NCBI GenBank assembly: GCA_042571445.1
Contig: JBHPFT010000001.1
Span: 29,232 to 93,231 of the forward strand
DNA: 64,000 nucleotides
From: Patescibacteria group bacterium
GTDB lineage: Bacteria; Patescibacteriota; WWE3; UBA101185; UBA10185
Reading direction: 5' to 3'
The notes beneath the pieces were generated by a model. The model searched no databases, had not been told where the DNA came from, and was given only the letters and a program-made list of their open reading frames with translations. Position 1 is the first letter of the stretch, and each line of letters begins with the position of its first letter. The position numbers and the translations under genes were made by a program. Positions 58,756 to 64,000 of the stretch are shown here, piece after piece.

Positions 58756-60577
58756 GAAAAAGAAGTTAGTTTCTATAATAATTCCTGCCTACAAACAAGA
58801 AAAGACCATTAGAAAAGATATTCTAAATATCTATGATACGATGTCCCAGACTAGATGGAATTTTGAGATTATTGTTGTTGTGGATGGGATGGTTGACAAG
58901 ACTTTTGAGAGACTGAAACCCATTAGAAAGAAAAAGATAAAGGTTTTCAGATATAAAACAAATAGGGGTAAGGGGTACGCCTTAAGATATGGTACTGCAA
59001 GATCGGTAGGTGACTACGTGTGTTTCCTTGATGCTGGGATGGATATTGATCCTAATGGAATAAGTATGCTTTTAGAGCATATGGAGTGGTATGGGGCTGA
59101 TGTAGTGATAGGTAGCAGCAGACATCCCGCTTCAAAGAGTAACTATCCTCTAATCAGGAAAATATATAGTGCTGGCTATCACACTCTTGTAAGAATACTT
59201 TTTGGTCTTAAGGTTAAAGACACTCAAAGAGGCATGAAAGTTTTTAGGAGGGAAGTTTTAGAAAAGATTTTACCGAGACTTTTGGTTAAAAGATTTGCAA
59301 CAGACATTGAAATGCTTGCTGTAGCTAAACATTTGGGTTTTGGAAAGATTTATGAGGCTCCTGTAGATGTAAACTGGGAGGAAAATAAAACATCGTTTAC
59401 TGGAAAGGTACTTTTTGATAAGAATATTCAGCGAATGATTATTGATACTCTTGCTGTATTTTATAGATTAAAAATTCTCAGATATTATCGTGACGAGAAT
59501 AGGGATAGATGGTTGTACAGAAAAGAGCTAGATATAAAGGCTGATATTAGAGGTAAGGAGGATATTAAATTTAGTATCATCATTCCCGTCAGGAAGATAA
59601 ATAACTACGTGAAGGAAAGTATTCCACATATTTTGAATCTAAACTACCAAAATTTTGAGGTAATAATAATTTCTGATAGATCAGAAAGGAATACTTTTAG
59701 AGATAGAAGGGTAAAAACTATGTCCTCAAAAGATCCTACTCCGAGTCCAAAGAGAAATCTTGGTGCAAAAAAAGCAAAAGGTGAGATATTAGTTTTTATG
59801 GACGATGACGCTTTTCCTGAAGATGACTGGTTGGACAGGGCTTACGAGATATTTAAAGATAGGAGTGTATATGCCCTAGGAGGACCTGCAGCAACACCAA
59901 AGGAAGTAGGCTTACTAGAAAGACTTGGAGGCAGGGTATTTGAATCTTGGCTTGCAAGTGGGGGAACTACATATAGATATAGACCAAGGCAGGAAAGATT
60001 AGTTAAAGATTATCCTTCAGTTAATCTTTTTGTTAGAAAGAAAGCCTTTAATAAGATAGGTGGTTTTTCGACAGAATTTTGGCCAGGAGAAGACACAAAA
60101 CTTTGCCTCGACCTTGTAAATTTACATGGTGGCAGAGGTTTTCCTTATGATCCCTCACCTATTGTCTACCACCATCGAAGAGAACTCTTACTACCTCACC
60201 TAAAACAAGTTTCTAGATATGGAAGACACAGGGGACAGTTTGCAAAGATTTTTCCAGAGACTTCAAGAGTTCCTTCATACTTTGTTCCCCTTCTCTTTGT
60301 TCTTGGGTTAGTCCTGGGTCCTGTTGCATCAATATTTATTCCCAAACTTTGGGTAGTGTACTTCTGTGTTCTTGCAGCTTACCTAGTATTGCTTCTTATC
60401 GAAAGTATAAATGTTTTTCTATCGGAATTAAGTTTTAAAGCTCTAATATATTTTATGATAGGTATATTTTGGACACATGTTGTGTATGGTGTAAACTTTC
60501 TAATAGGTCTTATTAAAAAGCCCAAGCTTACACCAAAAAAAGTAGACTATAAGACCGGAAAGTATCTAGAAGGATAA
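58736..60577 (+). CDS. tandem double-GT2 glycosyltransferase with C-terminal TM anchor
   Basis: Two consecutive GT-A modules. The first is SIIIPAYKQEKTI...VVDG...DAGMD. The second is SIIIPVRKINNYV...FMDDDAF. About 3-4 C-terminal TM helices follow. Confidence 0.75.
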   Translation: MMPRKNKKKKLVSIIIPAYKQEKTIRKDILNIYDTMSQTRWNFEIIVVVDGMVDKTFERLKPIRKKKIKVFRYKTNRGKGYALRYGTARSVGDYVCFLDAGMDIDPNGISMLLEHMEWYGADVVIGSSRHPASKSNYPLIRKIYSAGYHTLVRILFGLKVKDTQRGMKVFRREVLEKILPRLLVKRFATDIEMLAVAKHLGFGKIYEAPVDVNWEENKTSFTGKVLFDKNIQRMIIDTLAVFYRLKILRYYRDENRDRWLYRKELDIKADIRGKEDIKFSIIIPVRKINNYVKESIPHILNLNYQNFEVIIISDRSERNTFRDRRVKTMSSKDPTPSPKRNLGAKKAKGEILVFMDDDAFPEDDWLDRAYEIFKDRSVYALGGPAATPKEVGLLERLGGRVFESWLASGGTTYRYRPRQERLVKDYPSVNLFVRKKAFNKIGGFSTEFWPGEDTKLCLDLVNLHGGRGFPYDPSPIVYHHRRELLLPHLKQVSRYGRHRGQFAKIFPETSRVPSYFVPLLFVLGLVLGPVASIFIPKLWVVYFCVLAAYLVLLLIESINVFLSELSFKALIYFMIGIFWTHVVYGVNFLIGLIKKPKLTPKKVDYKTGKYLEG

Positions 60578-60829
60578 ATGTCTGAAGTAATATATAAAAA
60601 TAAGGACTCTGAGGTAATAATTAAAATATTAACTCACAAATGTATTAGTGCAGCTACATGTATTGTTAGAGCTCCAAACACCTTCGAATTGGACGATGAC
60701 GGAATCGCTTACTGCAAGAAAGGAACATGGGACGAGGCAGAGAAAATAATAGAGGGAGCCAAAACCTGTCCTACAACTGCAATTATTGTTGAGGATTTAG
60801 ATGGAAATCAGCTTTATCCAGATTTGTGA
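60578..60829 (+). CDS. small single-cluster ferredoxin-like protein
   Basis: 83 aa. C-x5-C (CISAATC) ... C ... C-P (KTCPTTAIIVEDLDG) aligns with Pyrococcus-type monocluster ferredoxins (CIGDAIC...CPVSAITIEEA). Confidence 0.6.
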   Translation: MSEVIYKNKDSEVIIKILTHKCISAATCIVRAPNTFELDDDGIAYCKKGTWDEAEKIIEGAKTCPTTAIIVEDLDGNQLYPDL

Positions 60830-60842
60830 TATTCTTTAAATC

Positions 60843-62426
60843 ATGCCTAAAAAGAAAGTTAAAGTAGTAGTTGGATATCCACCTGTTGAGTCTAAAAAAG
60901 GTGTGCCTCTTTTGTCTCAGAATAGGCAGTTTCAATATTTTAATGCTCCAACATTTATTTATCCCATGGTTCCTGCATATGCTGCATCCTTAGCTAAGAA
61001 ACGAGGGTATGATGTTTATTGGATGGACGGTATCGCAGAAGGTAAAAAGTATAACAAGTGGGTGGGGGAACTAGTAACTTTAGAACCAGACTTTATTCTG
61101 ATTGAGGTGAAGGCTCCAATAGTTAAGAAGTTTTGGAAAAAAGTTGATGATATTAAGAAAAGATGCCCGGAGACGATAGTGGTTTTATCTGGTGACCATG
61201 TTACATATGATCCTGTGGAAACACTGGATAACTGCAAAGTAGACTATATTATTACTGGGGGAGACTATGACTTTGTTTTCTCAGATCTACTAGATGCTTT
61301 AACTAAAGGAAATACTTTTCCAGGTGGAGTATGGAGTAGAAAAGAATCTAAGGGATTTGAAAAGAAGGGAAGGTACTGGTGTACGGGGGGAATGGATTTG
61401 CATCATAATCTTGATGATTTACCTTTTGTTGACAGAGATTTAACCAAATGGAAGCTTTATGCGTATGCAAACGGTAATTATAAGTTTAAACCAGCAACAT
61501 ACATGTATTCTGGAAGAGATTGTTGGTGGAATAGATGCACTTTTTGTATTTGGGATCATGTTTTGTATCCCCCAGGAAAATATAGAAGGTTTTCTCCAGA
61601 AAGACTCTTTGCTGAGGTTAAACATGTCGTAGATAACTACGGTGTGAAAGAGATATTTGATGATGCAGGAACCCTATTTGTTGGTCCCCCTCTTAAGAAG
61701 TTTTGTGAGATGTTAATTGATTCTGGTTATAACAAGAAAGTTGTTTACAGCTGCAATATGAGAATAAATGCTTTAACACGTGAGTATTACGATTTAATGG
61801 CAGAAGCTAACTTTAGATTTATTCTTTATGGACTTGAGTCAGGAAACCAAGAAACTCTAGATAAACTAGATAAAGGACTCAGGGTTGAAGAGATTGAGCC
61901 CAATCTTAAAAATGCTAAAGAAGCGGGTCTTGAGCCCCACGTAACTATAATGCTTGGGTATCCTTGGGAAACTGAGGAAATGGCCCAAAATACCATTAAT
62001 GTATCAAAAGAACTATTTAAAAAGGGCTACGTAGATACAATGCAAGCAACTATCGTTATTCCTTATCCAGGTTCCCCATTATACAAACAATGTCAGGAAA
62101 ATGATTGGTTCCAAGTAGATCCAAAAGATTATGAGAAGTTTGATATGAGACATCCTGTTATGAAAGTACCTTTTAGTAATGAGAGGCTTTTAGAACTCAC
62201 ACAGTCTCTTTACTCATCTTTCTTTAGTCCTCAGTATTTGTGGAGAAAAATAAAGGCAATTAGAACAAAAGAAGATATTAGGTGGTTTTTCATGGCAGCT
62301 CGAAGACTTCTTGCCCATCTTTTAGATTTTGATAAAGAGCAAGAGGGAGTTAATTGGTGGCACCCGAAGTTTTGGATAGATGCCGTTAAGAGTATGCTTG
62401 GTCATCTGAAAAAGTCTAATAAATAA
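60843..62426 (+). CDS. B12-binding-domain radical SAM protein
   Basis: The N-terminal domain has the class-B rSAM signature VVVGYPP...P.VPAYAASLAKKRGYDV. A Cys triad GRDCWWNRCTFC (C-x4-C-x2-C, aromatic after the last Cys) starts at about residue 228. A GLESG glycine-rich SAM-binding motif lies downstream. Confidence 0.8.
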   Translation: MPKKKVKVVVGYPPVESKKGVPLLSQNRQFQYFNAPTFIYPMVPAYAASLAKKRGYDVYWMDGIAEGKKYNKWVGELVTLEPDFILIEVKAPIVKKFWKKVDDIKKRCPETIVVLSGDHVTYDPVETLDNCKVDYIITGGDYDFVFSDLLDALTKGNTFPGGVWSRKESKGFEKKGRYWCTGGMDLHHNLDDLPFVDRDLTKWKLYAYANGNYKFKPATYMYSGRDCWWNRCTFCIWDHVLYPPGKYRRFSPERLFAEVKHVVDNYGVKEIFDDAGTLFVGPPLKKFCEMLIDSGYNKKVVYSCNMRINALTREYYDLMAEANFRFILYGLESGNQETLDKLDKGLRVEEIEPNLKNAKEAGLEPHVTIMLGYPWETEEMAQNTINVSKELFKKGYVDTMQATIVIPYPGSPLYKQCQENDWFQVDPKDYEKFDMRHPVMKVPFSNERLLELTQSLYSSFFSPQYLWRKIKAIRTKEDIRWFFMAARRLLAHLLDFDKEQEGVNWWHPKFWIDAVKSMLGHLKKSNK

Positions 62427-63978
62427 TCGATAGCTGGTTTATTCTAACTTGAGTTGGTCCCCACATATATCTGTTATCTCTATACATTGACATATTATCA
62501 GGATCATTTACTACAGAGTTATTTTCAATAAATATCTTTGCTCCTAGTCCAAGAGATTCTTGTGGGATTAAAACGTCTAGATCCATAGTTTTTTTCATCC
62601 GAGGTCTAATTTTTAGCTTTATCTCTTCTTTTCCGACCACTGTGATACTAGATCCCTTTGTTAAAGTTATGTTTAAAAAGAGATATCTAGTATTAGCATC
62701 TAAGGCGCTGTTAAAAACAAGTTTTGGTTTATCCTTTAGATCGGAAAATACGTTTGCAGATAGTAGTTTTGCATTTAGAGCATTCAAATTTTTCTTATAC
62801 GCTATTTCAAAGTATGGCAGCTCACCCTTTTTTCCTGAGTATATTAAGGCGAAGTTATTTACAAACTCTGTTTCGAGATAATCTAGAATATCTAGATCAA
62901 ATGTTATTACTCTTTTTGATTTAAGTAGCTCTTTTAAACCTTCCGCATCTAAAGTCAACCTCATATACTCTAAATTAGCTTTTATATAGATACTTTCATC
63001 AAAGATTTTGATTATATACTTACTTTCACCTTTCCCTTGGGATGTTTCTACTAGAACTAGAGTATCGCTATCAGTGGTTTGGGCTGCTGCGCTCACAATA
63101 CTACTTCTGTATTTATAGTCTCTAAAGGGTTCAAAAAGAGTTTCTTTCCACCTTGAGAAGTGGATAAGAAGTAAAGCTAATCCAGTTACTAGTACAGCTT
63201 TATTGGTCTTTTTAATATTTTTTAGATTTTCTATTCCTAAAGCACCTAAAAGAGAGGCAGGTATATATAGAGGTAATTGAAATCTTGTTGTAGCAAAGCT
63301 TAGAAATACCATTCCTACATACGGTATTGACGTTATAAGGATTGGAAGTCCTTTCTTTGAGAATACCGATGTGGAAACTAAGAAAAGTAGTAACCAGAAG
63401 TAAACACCTTGATAACTCAGTAGGAGATAAAACTTGTCTATCCTTGGGTTATTAAAATGTTCCAGATTATCAAATAGGCCTCTATGCGGAATAAGAAGAT
63501 GTTGAACTTTATCTATGGCCAGTCTCATAAATAGTACGGGGTGTTCTAGTATCCACTCTATTGCACCTTTTCTTAAAGCTTTATCAAGGCTTGATTCTAT
63601 ACTTACTCTTCTCTCTTTCATTAAATTCTTATCACCAATAATCTCCTCTATTTTTGCATCGGGGGAGATTATCGCTCTTCCACTTTGTATCGAATCATTA
63701 TTCCCGAGAAGCATATTAATACCTCCATTTGTGGCTATAGAGGTAAACTGACCTGCCAATAAACTATTTCTAACTATCCAGGAGGTACAGACTAAAAAGC
63801 TGGTTATTGCGATTGTGGTAATTTTCTTATTAAGTTTTTTGTTTCTGACAGACTCATAACCAGCTAGTATAAAAAGTAGTGGTATGTAAACGATATAGAT
63901 TGGTCTCACAAGTACTAATAAGCCACCACAAATTCCACCCAAAATTGGAAAACTTCTCTCTTCTTTTTTTAAAGACAT
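62416..63978 (-). CDS. GT-C fold membrane glycosyltransferase (ArnT-like), possibly N-terminally incomplete
   Basis: 520 aa, multi-TM, convergent with the rSAM gene. The frame stays open upstream of the first ATG to the window edge, so the true start may lie outside the window. Confidence 0.55.
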   Translation of the reverse strand: MSLKKEERSFPILGGICGGLLVLVRPIYIVYIPLLFILAGYESVRNKKLNKKITTIAITSFLVCTSWIVRNSLLAGQFTSIATNGGINMLLGNNDSIQSGRAIISPDAKIEEIIGDKNLMKERRVSIESSLDKALRKGAIEWILEHPVLFMRLAIDKVQHLLIPHRGLFDNLEHFNNPRIDKFYLLLSYQGVYFWLLLFLVSTSVFSKKGLPILITSIPYVGMVFLSFATTRFQLPLYIPASLLGALGIENLKNIKKTNKAVLVTGLALLLIHFSRWKETLFEPFRDYKYRSSIVSAAAQTTDSDTLVLVETSQGKGESKYIIKIFDESIYIKANLEYMRLTLDAEGLKELLKSKRVITFDLDILDYLETEFVNNFALIYSGKKGELPYFEIAYKKNLNALNAKLLSANVFSDLKDKPKLVFNSALDANTRYLFLNITLTKGSSITVVGKEEIKLKIRPRMKKTMDLDVLIPQESLGLGAKIFIENNSVVNDPDNMSMYRDNRYMWGPTQVRINQLSIIY

Positions 63979-64000
63979 GAGTGTTGAGTAGATTATTACC

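Noticed and set aside
1-64000. CRISPR arrays, transposases/integrases, DGR reverse transcriptase, toxin-antitoxin pairs or defence islands
   Set aside because: No direct-repeat arrays, no RT, integrase or transposase-like ORFs and no terminal inverted repeats were seen. The only XRE regulator is paired with a secreted protein, not a toxin.

Overview
The window is a low-GC bacterial segment with a strongly reduced, Candidate-Phyla-Radiation-like translation core. RF2 is intact with no frameshift site, so the standard genetic code applies. The 5' two thirds is almost entirely housekeeping genes. It begins with a partial ftsK, convergent with prfB, followed by a small TasA/camelysin-like secreted protein and a divergently transcribed SinR-like XRE regulator. 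An inverted alpha-operon block then runs on the minus strand (rpsI-rplM, then rplQ-rpoA-rpsD-rpsK-rpsM-rpmJ-infA). serS, a spermidine-synthase-like gene, uppP, secA and lepB follow on the plus strand, with a TPR membrane protein on the minus strand between secA and lepB. A roughly 22 kb plus-strand super-operon follows: rpoB-rpoC-rpsL-rpsG-fusA-tuf-rpsJ-rplC-rplD-rplW-rplB-rpsS-rplV-rpsC-rplP-rpmC-rpsQ-rplN-rplX-rplE-rpsZ-rpsH-rplF-rplR-rpsE-rplO-secY-ybaB-adk. It has no L30 gene and no map gene, and a YbaB/EbfC gene sits between secY and adk. The 3' third (about 39-64 kb) is a dense cell-surface glycosylation island. It holds three polyprenyl-phosphate sugar synthase-like GT2 enzymes (one fused to GtrA), UDP-glucose 6-dehydrogenase and three GT4 enzymes. 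It also holds at least six multi-pass GT-C-type membrane glycosyltransferases, two of them clear paralogues, and two Wzx-like flippases. A tandem double-GT2 membrane protein, a small ferredoxin-like protein and a B12-binding radical SAM enzyme complete it. No rRNA, tRNA, CRISPR array, transposase or integrase was recognised. I found rpmJ (L36) by eye, and noted several intergenic hairpins, none of which is in the ORF track.
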